Shown in pieces: positions 1-9,605 of a DNA stretch of 64,000 bases. The position numbers and the translations under genes were made by a program. The stretch lies in the NCBI GenBank assembly GCA_038116945.1, contig JAYOEY010000011.1, forward strand, positions 14,480 through 78,479, given 5' to 3'. The notes below the pieces were generated by a model, which had not been told where the DNA came from, did not search any database, and saw nothing but the letters and a program-made list of their open reading frames with translations. Position 1 is the first letter of the stretch. Every line of letters begins with the position of its first letter. The DNA is from Rhodospirillales bacterium (GTDB taxonomy: Bacteria; Pseudomonadota; Alphaproteobacteria; MPNO01; UBA2964).

Positions 1-822
1 GGCTATCACGGGCTGCGGTTCGACCGCACCGGGCAGTGCATCGCGGTGCCGAGCCAGGACCTGGTGCCGCCGGGCGCCCGCGTGCGGTCCTATCCGCTGG
101 TCGAGAAGAACCGCTGGCTGTGGATCTGGATGGGCGACCCGGCGAAGGCCGACGAGGCGCTGATCCCGGATTATTTCTGGCTGGACAGCCCCGACTGGGC
201 GTCGATCGAGGATACGTTCCATGTCAGGTGCAACTACCAGGCCTATATAGATATCCAGCTCGACCAGACTCATTCGCCGTTCGTTCATCCCGATACGCTC
301 GGCAACGCGGCGAAGCTCCGCATCAAGCCCAGGGTCACGCGGGAAGAGCGCGCGGTGCGCTGCGAAAGGCTCATGCCGAACGACGATCCGCCGCCCTTGT
401 GGGCCAAGGCGGCCAGGATCGTGGGCAAGGGCGATTCATGGAACCGCTGGGTCTATACCCCGCCCGCCACCATCATGTTCGATGTCGGCGCGGCCCAGGC
501 CGGCACCGGCGCGTTCGAGGGCAACCGCGAGTTCGGCATCACGGTCCATAACGCCCATGCCATCACGCCGGAGACGTCCGGTTCGCTGCATCATTTCTGG
601 GCGAGCTCGCGCGATTTCGACATCGACGATGCGGCGACGACCGAGAAACTTTCCGTCATCCGCAAGGTGTTCCGGGAAGACGTTGCCATGTGCGAGGCGC
701 AGCAGGCCTGCCGCGACCGTTTCCCCGGCGCGCCCGAAATCGACGTGGCGATGGATGCGCCGTCGCTACAGGCGCGGAACCTGCTCGCCAGGATGATCGA
801 GGAGGAGCGGGGAGCGGCCTAG
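1..822 (+). CDS. Rieske-type non-haem iron aromatic-ring oxygenase alpha subunit (VanA-like), C-terminal catalytic part; 5' end lies outside the window
   Basis: Reading frame is open from nt 1 (GYHGLRFDRTGQCIAVPSQD is the tail of a Rieske CxH..CxxH region), followed by a catalytic domain; stop at 820-822. Confidence 0.6.
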   Translation, partial: GYHGLRFDRTGQCIAVPSQDLVPPGARVRSYPLVEKNRWLWIWMGDPAKADEALIPDYFWLDSPDWASIEDTFHVRCNYQAYIDIQLDQTHSPFVHPDTLGNAAKLRIKPRVTREERAVRCERLMPNDDPPPLWAKAARIVGKGDSWNRWVYTPPATIMFDVGAAQAGTGAFEGNREFGITVHNAHAITPETSGSLHHFWASSRDFDIDDAATTEKLSVIRKVFREDVAMCEAQQACRDRFPGAPEIDVAMDAPSLQARNLLARMIEEERGAA

Positions 823-1230
823 GCGTCAGGCCGGAAGCCGGCAAAACGGTTCGAGCCATCCCGTCGCGCGGGCTTCGATGGTCCGGCGGCAAAGGCGCGT
901 TTCCCGGTCCCGGCCGCCTGGGAGGGGCTGCATCCTGATGGCGCAGCGTCGCTCGTCGCCGAGAACGATTGGAATGCATCCGCTTCCGCGTCCGGGAGAG
1001 GCGGAAAACCCTGAATCAGCGGATCGGTAACGGCAGCGACGGCGCGATCGCGCTTGCCGCCCTCGTTCGGGGGGCTGCGGGTGCCGCGAGCCGGAGGCGT
1101 CAGGGACACTCGGGACTATTCAGCCCCCGGATATCAATTTATGATATTTCCGACGCTTCATATTGATATCGCGGGCATTTTGCGAACGGACCGGAGTTTC
1201 TGCGATCGCCGTCGATTTTGAGAGGTTTGC

Positions 1231-2190
1231 GTGAAGCTCATGCGTCTGATGAAGGACATTGTCCGACCGCTGGTGTATTTCCTGCCGGACCATATCCACC
1301 GTCAAAGGCGCAATGCCGCGTTGAAATCCAGCCTTCCGCCGGTTTCGAAGACGCAGCTTGCCGATCAGCTCCTGAAACTGGAGATTCCGCCGCGCTCCGT
1401 CGTTCTGGTCCATAGTTCTCTCAAGGCGTTCGGGTATGTCGAGGGCGGGCCAGCGGCGGTCGTGGACGCGCTCGTCGATGCGTTCGTCACCCGAAACCGG
1501 GGCACGGTCATGCTGCCGACTTTTTCGATCAAGGGGACGATGCATGGCGCGCTATCGTCCGGAGAGGTCTTCGACGTCGTTTCGACGCCCTCCAACCTTG
1601 GCGCCATTCCCGAAACGTTTCGGCGGCATCCCCAGGCGCGAAGAAGCCTGCATCCGACCCATTCCTTCGCAGCGATCGGCCCGGATGCGGATCGTTTGGT
1701 CGAAAGCCACCACACCTGCGGCACGAGTTTCGGGGCGGATTCGCCGATGGCCAGAATGCTCGAGTTTCCCAGCTATATCCTGGGGCTCGGCACAAACCTC
1801 GGAACCGTCACATTTTATCATTGCCTCGAGGAGATCGAGAGCGGTTTTCCGATCGACGTGTTTACGGCGGATTCACCTGTTTCGGCGGAATGCCGCGGGT
1901 ATGACGGGAAAGTGTATCGTCTTTCCTTGAACGCCCATGACAGCTCAATTGCGCGGACCCGGATAGACCGGCTGGAAAACAGCGAAATTCGGGACTTCTT
2001 TACGCGGCGGCTCGAACGAAATGCGGGTCTCAGCTGGCATCGGGTCGGCGAGGCCCGGTCATGGCTGGTGGAGGCGGCCGCGTTCTATGACGAGATCCGA
2101 GGCCTGATGTTGCGCGGCATGACGATCTACAGCCGTCCTTCGCAGATTGAGGCATTCGAACGAAACGATGAAACTGCGGTTCGCTGCTGA
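1231..2190 (+). CDS. Aminoglycoside N3-acetyltransferase-like protein (AAC(3)/Antibiotic_NAT family)
   Basis: 319 aa; SLKAFGYVEGG...HPTHSFAAIGPDA motifs typical of the AAC(3) fold; GTG start at 1231 (ATG alternatives at 1240 and 1249); AT-rich promoter with inverted repeat upstream. Confidence 0.6.
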   Translation: MKLMRLMKDIVRPLVYFLPDHIHRQRRNAALKSSLPPVSKTQLADQLLKLEIPPRSVVLVHSSLKAFGYVEGGPAAVVDALVDAFVTRNRGTVMLPTFSIKGTMHGALSSGEVFDVVSTPSNLGAIPETFRRHPQARRSLHPTHSFAAIGPDADRLVESHHTCGTSFGADSPMARMLEFPSYILGLGTNLGTVTFYHCLEEIESGFPIDVFTADSPVSAECRGYDGKVYRLSLNAHDSSIARTRIDRLENSEIRDFFTRRLERNAGLSWHRVGEARSWLVEAAAFYDEIRGLMLRGMTIYSRPSQIEAFERNDETAVRC

Positions 2191-2207
2191 ACCCGGCTGG
2201 AGCGACG

Positions 2208-3422
2208 ATGAGTTTCAAGAACAACGTTAAAAGGCTGGTTCCGGATAGTCTGCTCGAGAAATATTACGCCTTCCAGCTGGACCGCCGGCTTCCCGATTCT
2301 GCGCGCCGGCAGGACAGGCTCGACCGCCGGGGGCCGCCAAGCGAGGACCCGGGATGCCAAGCGGCGATTTCGGTGATCCTCGCATGGCTGTGCCGCGCGC
2401 AGGATTTTTCCGCTACGGGCGACGGCGGCGTCGCCAGACAGTTTTGCTATCTGAACGGTTGGGGAGATTCCTATCCGGAAACAACCGGTTACATTGTCCC
2501 GACGTTTCTGTCAGAAGCCGAGATACAGGCCGACGACTCGCTGTACAGGCGCGCCGAGCGGATGCTGGACTGGCTCGTCGCCATTCAGTTGCCGCAAGGC
2601 GCCTTTCAGGGGGGGCTGGTGACGCACCGGCCCGTGGTCCCGGTCACTTTCAACACGGGACAAATTCTTCTTGGCCTTGCCGCAGGGGCAGGGACGTCCG
2701 GGAAAGAGGAATATCTGTCGGCAATGCATCGAGCGGCGTCCTGGCTTGTCGAGACCCAGGATGCGGACGGGGCCTGGCGCCGTTTTCCGACGCCGTTCGC
2801 AGCGCCCGGCGAGAAAGTCTACGAGACTCACGTATCCTGGGGCCTCTTTGAAGCGGAGAGGGTCGCCCCTGGCAACGGCTACGGCGATGCGGGGCTCAGA
2901 CAGGTCCGGTGGGCCCTTTCGAAACAGGCGCCGAACGGCTGGTTCCAGGATTGCTGTCTCGATGCGCCTCAACGCCCGCTGACCCATACGATCGCCTATG
3001 CGCTGCGAGGAGTCCTGGAAGCCTACCGGCTTTGCGAAGACCGGATATTTCTTGACGCGGGCATTCGGACCGCGGATTCCCTGGTCGAATGCGTCCGGGA
3101 CGACGGGTTCCTGTCGGGCAGGTTTGACAGCCAGTGGCGCCCCATGGCCGCATGGGACTGCCTTACGGGGGCGGCTCAGCTGGCCTTTTGCTGGTTCCAG
3201 CTTTATCGCTGGACCGGAAACCCGCGATATCTGGAGGCCGGGTGCAGGGTGAACTCCTATGTCCGGCGCACGATCAGGACCGAAGGCGACCCCGACCTTG
3301 TCGGCGGCGTCGGCGGCTCGTTCCCGATTTCCGGAGATTACGGGAGATACCAGTACCTCAACTGGGCCGCAAAGTTTTGCATCGACGCCTTTCGGCAGGA
3401 ACTTGCCGTTGCGCGGACGTGA
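2208..3422 (+). CDS. alpha/alpha-toroid protein with prenyltransferase/squalene-oxidase (terpene cyclase-like) repeats
   Basis: 404 aa; QW-like repeats (AIQLPQGAFQGG, ETQDADGAWRRF) and aromatic-rich barrel; 18 bp after the upstream gene, so probably co-transcribed. Confidence 0.45.
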   Translation: MSFKNNVKRLVPDSLLEKYYAFQLDRRLPDSARRQDRLDRRGPPSEDPGCQAAISVILAWLCRAQDFSATGDGGVARQFCYLNGWGDSYPETTGYIVPTFLSEAEIQADDSLYRRAERMLDWLVAIQLPQGAFQGGLVTHRPVVPVTFNTGQILLGLAAGAGTSGKEEYLSAMHRAASWLVETQDADGAWRRFPTPFAAPGEKVYETHVSWGLFEAERVAPGNGYGDAGLRQVRWALSKQAPNGWFQDCCLDAPQRPLTHTIAYALRGVLEAYRLCEDRIFLDAGIRTADSLVECVRDDGFLSGRFDSQWRPMAAWDCLTGAAQLAFCWFQLYRWTGNPRYLEAGCRVNSYVRRTIRTEGDPDLVGGVGGSFPISGDYGRYQYLNWAAKFCIDAFRQELAVART

Positions 3423-3475
3423 CGCGCTGTCCGCAGATGCCCTCGGCTTGACTTCAGACTCCGGCTCTCCCCGTC

Positions 3476-5035
3476 TTACGCCACCGCGGCATTGGCCTTC
3501 TTCCATGCGTCGGCGAGGCTCTTGCGGTCGAGCTTGCCGCGATCGTTCTTGGGAAGCGACTCCACGAAAATCACCTGCTTCGGCGTCTTGAACGGGGCCA
3601 GCGTTTCGCCGCAATGGGCGATCACGGCCTCGGCCGTCAGGCCGCTGTCCGCGCGCGGGACGACGTAGGCGACGACTTCCTCCCCATAGACCCTGTCGGG
3701 CACGCCGCAGGCGGCGCCATCCTCGATATCCGGGTGGCGGGCGAGGATATTGTCGATCTCGACCGGCGAGATATTGACCCCGCCGCGGATGATCAGGTCC
3801 TTGAGGCGTCCTACCACCGTTAGATGCCCGTCCTCGTCGAACTGGCCCAGATCGCCGGTCCGGTGCTCGTCGGGCAGCTTCTCCACCCGCCCGTCGAAAT
3901 GCAGATAGCCCCATGATTTCTGCGGGCCGGAGACGACGATCTCGCCCGGCTCGCCATTGGGGACTTCGCTGTCGCCGTCCATCAGCCGGATGTTCTGGTA
4001 TTTGAGCGGCAGCCCGATGGTGCCGATCTTGCGGTCCGTGCCGCGGTGACTGCACATCAGCCCGCCCTCCGAACAGCCTGCCGACTGGCAGATTCGGATG
4101 CCGTATCGTTCCTCGAACCGGACCCAGTTTTCCGGCAGCATCGGCGCCGACGACGTCATCATCAGACGCAGGTGCGGGATGTCGCGCGCGTGGATATCGA
4201 CCGGCTCAACGAGGAACATGTTGAGGATGGTCGGTACCGCAACGCCGATATCGATCTCGTATTTCCGCACCCAGTCGAAATAGCGGCTGCGCGAAAACCG
4301 TTTCGCCATATAGACAGTCGCCCCGCGCGACAGCGGCCCGCCGAGGCTCATGTTCTGCGACGACAGCCAGGTCCAGGACCGGCTGTCGAGGATATGGTCT
4401 TTGTCCGTCATGCCGACCGCATCGGCTGTGGCATCGTAATTCGGCCAGATCGCCGAATGGGCCTGCAGCACGCCCTTGGGTTTCGCCTCTGTCCCGGAGG
4501 TATAAAAGATCACCGCGATATCGCCCGGGCCGCACACCTCGTCGATGTCGTCTTTGTCGGAACAGTCTTCGATGGCGCCGAAGAAGCCGGTAGAGCCGCC
4601 GTCTTCGCGCCACTCGCCGAGCGCCATCCACTCGGCATCGCCGGCATGGTCGCGCAACTCCTCGAGCCCGATCCCCTCCTGCACCAGCAGCAGTTTCGGG
4701 GCGATGGCGGAAATGATCTCCGCAATATGAGAGCGGTTCATCTCGACATTCGCGGTGGCGATGGTGGCGCCGTAGCGCTGCACCCCGAGGAACACGGCGA
4801 GAAACTCAGCCGAGTTTTCCGACAGCATCAGCACGCGGTCGTTTGCCCCGATTTCCCGGTCGCGGAAGAAATGCGCCATCCGGTTGCCGAGCCGCCACAA
4901 ATTGCGGTAGCTCAGGATTTTCCCGTCCTGGTCGATTGACACCATGTAGGGCTTGTCGCCGAACGCTTTCGCCTGATCGGCGAGGATGCGGCGAACCGGC
5001 CTGTATTCCGTTTCTTTTGCGCTCCCCATGAACAA
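3476..5035 (-). CDS. AMP-dependent synthetase/ligase (ANL superfamily acyl-CoA ligase)
   Basis: 519 aa; YTSGTEAKPKGV (AMP motif), GGVNISPVEIDNIL and C-terminal PKNDRGKLDRK lysine motif. Confidence 0.8.
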   Translation of the reverse strand: MFMGSAKETEYRPVRRILADQAKAFGDKPYMVSIDQDGKILSYRNLWRLGNRMAHFFRDREIGANDRVLMLSENSAEFLAVFLGVQRYGATIATANVEMNRSHIAEIISAIAPKLLLVQEGIGLEELRDHAGDAEWMALGEWREDGGSTGFFGAIEDCSDKDDIDEVCGPGDIAVIFYTSGTEAKPKGVLQAHSAIWPNYDATADAVGMTDKDHILDSRSWTWLSSQNMSLGGPLSRGATVYMAKRFSRSRYFDWVRKYEIDIGVAVPTILNMFLVEPVDIHARDIPHLRLMMTSSAPMLPENWVRFEERYGIRICQSAGCSEGGLMCSHRGTDRKIGTIGLPLKYQNIRLMDGDSEVPNGEPGEIVVSGPQKSWGYLHFDGRVEKLPDEHRTGDLGQFDEDGHLTVVGRLKDLIIRGGVNISPVEIDNILARHPDIEDGAACGVPDRVYGEEVVAYVVPRADSGLTAEAVIAHCGETLAPFKTPKQVIFVESLPKNDRGKLDRKSLADAWKKANAAVA

Positions 5036-5170
5036 ACGCTATCACGCGGTCCGCAAAACAGACAATCGCGCATGGCGCGGTTGGCAGCGGGGATTTTCCC
5101 GCTAAAGTGCCGCGCGGTTTCCAGAGAAGGAAGAATTTTGTCCGATCAGCCCGATACGCGGTCCGGTCCG

Positions 5171-6052
5171 ATGGCGCTGCTCACCTCGCCGGTCACGGCG
5201 GCGATCGCCACGGCTTTCCTGTGGGCCAGCACGACGGTGGTGGTGCGTTATTTTCACGAGGAAATCCCGCCGCTCAGCCTGTCCTTCTGGCGGACGACGG
5301 TGGCGTTCCTCATCCTGCTGCCGTTCGCCGCGCCGGCGCTGCGAACCCAGTGGCCGATCGTCGTCGCCAACCTGAAATGGCTGGCGCTGCTCGCGCTGCT
5401 GCTGTGGGTCGGCGGCAACGCTTTGCTGTTTCTCTCGCTGCAATACACCATCGCGCTCAACGCCGCGGTCATCAACTCTACCGAGCCGATCTTCATCGTG
5501 CTGTTCGCCGCGCTGATCTTTCGCGACCCGTTTACCTGGCGGCAGGGGGCGGGACTCGCGCTATCGCTTGCCGGCGTTCTGACGCTGGTCGCGCAGGGGT
5601 CGCTGGGCCGTCTCGCGTCGCTCGAATTCAACATCGGCGACCTGATCGTGACCTGCGCCTATCTGTCCTGGGGGCTTTATGTCGTGTTCCTGAGAAAGGC
5701 GCCGCACCAGCTCGATCACAAGCTGCTGCTATGTGCGCTCCTGGGGATCGGCGCGGTGTTCATGCTGCCGCTGCACCTGGCGGAGATCGCCTTTGTGCGC
5801 CCGATGCCGGTAAACGGCACCGTCGCGCTGACCGTGATCGGACTCGCCATCGGACCCGGCGTCCTCTCGATGCTGATGTGGAACTACACCATCCGCCAGA
5901 TCGGCCCGGCGCGGGCGGGACAGTTCATTCACACCATTCCGGCCTTTACCGTGGTCATGGCGCTGGTCTTCCTCGACGAAACGCTCCGGGCGTTTCACAT
6001 CGTCGGAATCGTGCTGATCGCGATCGGGCTGGTGGTGGCGTCGCGGAAATAG
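5171..6052 (+). CDS. DMT-superfamily (EamA-like) transporter
   Basis: About 10 TM helices with duplicated EamA-like halves; start taken at internal ATG 5171 (the ORF opens at 5072). Confidence 0.6.
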   Translation: MALLTSPVTAAIATAFLWASTTVVVRYFHEEIPPLSLSFWRTTVAFLILLPFAAPALRTQWPIVVANLKWLALLALLLWVGGNALLFLSLQYTIALNAAVINSTEPIFIVLFAALIFRDPFTWRQGAGLALSLAGVLTLVAQGSLGRLASLEFNIGDLIVTCAYLSWGLYVVFLRKAPHQLDHKLLLCALLGIGAVFMLPLHLAEIAFVRPMPVNGTVALTVIGLAIGPGVLSMLMWNYTIRQIGPARAGQFIHTIPAFTVVMALVFLDETLRAFHIVGIVLIAIGLVVASRK

Positions 6053-6076
6053 TTTGGTTGTGCCGCAGTTCGGAAA

Positions 6077-7654
6077 CTACTTCCCGAACTCTTCCTTCCA
6101 CTCTTCCAGCAATTGAAGCCGGTGCATCTTGCCGCGTTCGGTCTTGGGCAGGCGGTCGCGGACAACTACCTGCTTCGGCATGCGGAACTCGGGCAGCCTG
6201 CCGGCGCAGTGGGCCAGCACCGCCTCCGCCGTGGTCGACCGCCCGTCCTTCGGCGCGACATAGCACACGACCTCTTCGCCGTAGATCGGGTCCGGCACGC
6301 CGATGGTGGCGGCCTCGGCAAGATCGGACATCTGCAGCAGGATATTGTCGATCTCGGCCGGCGAGATATTGACCCCGCCGCGGATGATCAGGTCCTTGGC
6401 GCGGCCGGTGATCCGCACGTAGCCTTCCTCGTCCATGACGCCGAGGTCGCCGGTGCGCAGCCGGTCGCGGGCGTGGATCTGCTCGTCGCCGTTCTCGTCG
6501 AGATAGCGGTACAGGTTGGTTTCGAATCCGCCCAGCTCGACCTCGCCCATCTCGCCGCGCGGCAGCTCGTTTCCGTTCTCGTCGACGATGGCGAGTTCCA
6601 GATAGTCCAGCGGGCGGCCGACCGTGCCGAACTTGCGGGAATGCTCGTTCGACACTCCGATCCAGCCGACCTCGGAACAGCCGTAACCCTGCGCTACGGG
6701 GACGCCGTATTTCTCCTCGAACTGTTTCCATGTCTCCGGCATCAGGGGCGCGGACGACGAGGTCATGAAGCGCAGATGCGGGATGTCGCGATGATGGATA
6801 TCGATCGGCCGGTTCAGGAACATGGCGAGACCGGTCGGGTTGCAGACGCCGATGGTCGCCCGGTTGTCGCGTACCCAGTTGAAATAGCGGCTCTGCGAAA
6901 AATGGCGGGCGAGGATCAGCGTCGCGCCCTTGTAGAGCGAACTCAGCCCCGACAGCACCTGCGCCGAAATCCAGTTAAAGGCCCTGAATTCCAGAATCCG
7001 GTCGTCTTCCGTCATGCCGAGCGCCTCCGCCGTCGGCGGGGTGTTCGAGATCAGCTCGCGGAAGGTGACGATCACGCCCTTGGGCGCCGACGCGGTGCCG
7101 GAGGTATAGTAGATCGAAGCGTCGTCCTCCCACCGGCTGACCGGTTCGACCGGGTCGGGCGGGAACAGCTCAAGCTCGCCGTAAAAGCCGGTGCTGGCGA
7201 ATTCCGAATGCCATTCGCCGAGCGGCATCCAGTCGCCCGGGGTCACGGCGGCGAGCCGGTCGGCGTCGATGCGCGTTTCGGAATCTTCGAACAGGGTGAG
7301 TTTCGGCTTGAGTGCGCTGAGAATGCGCTCGAAATAGACCGCGTTCATCTCCACATGGATGGTGCAGACGGTCGCGCCGTATGCCATGACGCCGATATAG
7401 ACGGCGAGATGCTCGATGCGGTTGTTCGACAACATCGCGACCCGGTCGTTCGGGCCGATCCCTTCCGATTTCAGGAACTGCGCCATGCGGTTCGCGATAT
7501 CGCGAAACTGGCCGTATGTAATCGATTTGTTCTGGTCGACGCTGTGGATGAAGGTTTTGTCCGGGAACCGGTCCGCGTTCCGGTCGATCCAGTCGCGCAG
7601 GCTCGTCTCGGGGGCGTTTGTGCCGCTGGTTCGTTGATCCGCAGGCTGATTCAT
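6077..7654 (-). CDS. AMP-dependent synthetase/ligase, paralogue of 3476-5035
   Basis: 525 aa; YTSGTASAPKGV, GGVNISPAEIDNIL, PKTERGKMHR; same motif spacing as the 3476-5035 gene. Confidence 0.8.
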   Translation of the reverse strand: MNQPADQRTSGTNAPETSLRDWIDRNADRFPDKTFIHSVDQNKSITYGQFRDIANRMAQFLKSEGIGPNDRVAMLSNNRIEHLAVYIGVMAYGATVCTIHVEMNAVYFERILSALKPKLTLFEDSETRIDADRLAAVTPGDWMPLGEWHSEFASTGFYGELELFPPDPVEPVSRWEDDASIYYTSGTASAPKGVIVTFRELISNTPPTAEALGMTEDDRILEFRAFNWISAQVLSGLSSLYKGATLILARHFSQSRYFNWVRDNRATIGVCNPTGLAMFLNRPIDIHHRDIPHLRFMTSSSAPLMPETWKQFEEKYGVPVAQGYGCSEVGWIGVSNEHSRKFGTVGRPLDYLELAIVDENGNELPRGEMGEVELGGFETNLYRYLDENGDEQIHARDRLRTGDLGVMDEEGYVRITGRAKDLIIRGGVNISPAEIDNILLQMSDLAEAATIGVPDPIYGEEVVCYVAPKDGRSTTAEAVLAHCAGRLPEFRMPKQVVVRDRLPKTERGKMHRLQLLEEWKEEFGK

Positions 7655-7911
7655 CTCATTACATGCCCGGCAGGGAAATCTGACGCGCCAAGGCGGCCCC
7701 GGCGCAGCGTCGGCGCGAGCGTTGACCCGCGGAAACCGAGTCTCTAAAATATGATTGATTAGTCAACAATTAGCTATCGAAGGTTTTGTCAGCGTTGGAA
7801 TTCTGCCAAAAATCTATATAGTCCGCGGTACATTTAGGCAAGCGAACGCGCCCGCTGGGAGGCGAAAGCCGGGGTCCGGAACGGGCGCCGGCGAATGGAG
7901 GAAGACAGGAA

Positions 7912-9603
7912 ATGGCTGCACAGGACGCTGCGGCGGCGGACGCCGGCAACGAGCCGGTCCGTTTCGATACCAGCCCGGAAAAATACCGGCACTGGAAGCT
8001 GACGATCGACGGCAATGTCGCCACGCTGGCGATGGACGTCGACGAGAGCGCGACGCTGAAGCCGGGCTACGAGCTCAAGCTCAACTCCTACGATCTCGGC
8101 GTCGATATCGAGCTTTACGACGCGATCCAGCGGCTGCGGTTCGAGCATCCGGAAGTCGGTGCGGTGATCCTGCGGTCGGCCAAGCCGAACGTGTTCTGCG
8201 CCGGCGCCAATATCAGGATGCTGGGACAGTCGACCCACGACCATAAGGTCAATTTCTGCAAATTCACCAACGAGACCCGAAACGGGATCGAGGACGCGAC
8301 CGAGAACTCGCACCAGACCTACCTGTGCGCGATCAACGGGGCGGCCGCCGGCGGCGGGTACGAGCTGGCGCTGGCGACCGACCACATCATGCTGATCGAT
8401 GACGGCTCCTCGACCGTATCGCTGCCCGAACTGCCGCTGCTCGCCGTGCTGCCCGGGACCGGCGGGCTGACGCGCCTGGTCGACAAGCGCAAGGTTCGGC
8501 ATGACCGCGCCGATTTCTTCTGCACCACCTCCGAAGGCATGCGCGGCAAGCGCGCGGTCGACTGGAACATCATCGACGAGAGCGTGCCCAAATCCCGCTT
8601 CGAGGAAACCGTTGCCGAACGGGCGCAGGAATTCGCCGCAAGGTCGGACCGGCCGGCCGGCGCGAAAGGCGTCACGCTGACGCCGCTCAATGTCCGGATC
8701 GACGGAGATTCCATCGAATACGACCATGTTTCCATCGCGATCGACCGGAGCCGGAATCTCGCCGAATTCACGATTGCGGGTCCTGCCGGTGCGCCGCCTG
8801 CCGATGCCGTCGATGTGGCCGGGCTGGGCGTTGCCTTCTGGCCGTTCGCCCTGGCGCGCGAGCTTGACGCCGCGATCATGCATCTGCGTCTCAACGAGGG
8901 GGAGATCGGCACGTGGGTGTTCCGGACGAAGGGCGACGGGGCGCTGGTGGCGGCCTACGACGATCTGCTGGAACGCGAAGCCGCGGACTGGCTGGTGCGC
9001 GAGATTACGCTCTACCTCAAACGCACGCTCAAGCGCGTCGATGTTTCCTCGCGCAGCCTGATCGCGCTGGTCGAACCGGGCAGCTGCTTTGCCGGTACGC
9101 TGCTCGAACTCGTTCTGATCGCCGACCGCTCCTATATGCTGGACGGGCCGCTGGAGGGGTCGAACCTGCCGGATGCGACCGTCACGCTGACCGGCATGAA
9201 TTTCGGACCTTACCCGATGGGCAACGGGCTGACGCGGCTGGAAACCCGCCTGCTGGGCGAGCCAGACAGGGTCGAGGACGCGAAAAATTCCGTCGGCGAC
9301 GTGCTGGATGCGCAGGCCGCCGACGCGCTCGGTCTCGTGACCTTCATTCCCGACGATATCGACTGGGAAGACGAGGTGCGTATCGCCATCGAGGAACGCG
9401 CGTCGTTCTCGCCCGACGGGCTGATCGGCATGGAAGCCAATCTCCGCTTTGCCGGTCCCGAAACGATGGAAACCAAGATTTTCGGCCGTTTGAGCGCGTG
9501 GCAGAACTGGATTTTCCAGCGTCCCAACGCTGCCGGCGCAGAGGGCGCGCTCAAGCTCTACGGCACCGGCCAGCGCAGCCAGTTTGACAAGAAGAGAGTA
9601 TAG
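7912..9603 (+). CDS. boxC: Benzoyl-CoA-dihydrodiol lyase (2,3-epoxybenzoyl-CoA dihydrolase) BoxC, crotonase superfamily
   Basis: 563 aa; crotonase-fold N-terminus (VFCAGANI, GGGYELALATDHIML) plus the long BoxC-specific C-terminal domain; immediately followed by boxB. Confidence 0.75.
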   Translation: MAAQDAAAADAGNEPVRFDTSPEKYRHWKLTIDGNVATLAMDVDESATLKPGYELKLNSYDLGVDIELYDAIQRLRFEHPEVGAVILRSAKPNVFCAGANIRMLGQSTHDHKVNFCKFTNETRNGIEDATENSHQTYLCAINGAAAGGGYELALATDHIMLIDDGSSTVSLPELPLLAVLPGTGGLTRLVDKRKVRHDRADFFCTTSEGMRGKRAVDWNIIDESVPKSRFEETVAERAQEFAARSDRPAGAKGVTLTPLNVRIDGDSIEYDHVSIAIDRSRNLAEFTIAGPAGAPPADAVDVAGLGVAFWPFALARELDAAIMHLRLNEGEIGTWVFRTKGDGALVAAYDDLLEREAADWLVREITLYLKRTLKRVDVSSRSLIALVEPGSCFAGTLLELVLIADRSYMLDGPLEGSNLPDATVTLTGMNFGPYPMGNGLTRLETRLLGEPDRVEDAKNSVGDVLDAQAADALGLVTFIPDDIDWEDEVRIAIEERASFSPDGLIGMEANLRFAGPETMETKIFGRLSAWQNWIFQRPNAAGAEGALKLYGTGQRSQFDKKRV

Positions 9604-9605
9604 CC

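Noticed and set aside
2511-4055. 514-aa ORF on the minus strand
   Set aside because: Runs antisense across the toroid gene and in a different frame over the ligase gene. Its Arg/Pro/Gly-rich, low-complexity translation is typical of GC-rich antisense frames.
5107-6372. 421-aa plus-strand ORF, and other long alternative-frame ORFs (6113-7747, 7834-8883, 9558-10802, 9710-11122, 13283-14422, 14382-15950, 17576-18562, 19921-21339, 30963-32441, 33896-36304, 42530-44812, 44658-46244, 47473-49071, 50250-51770, 55605-56996, 57547-58455)
   Set aside because: Each overlaps a gene with clear family-level identity in another frame or strand. Their translations are Arg/Ala/Gly/Pro-biased without motifs, the expected artefact of about 65% GC DNA.
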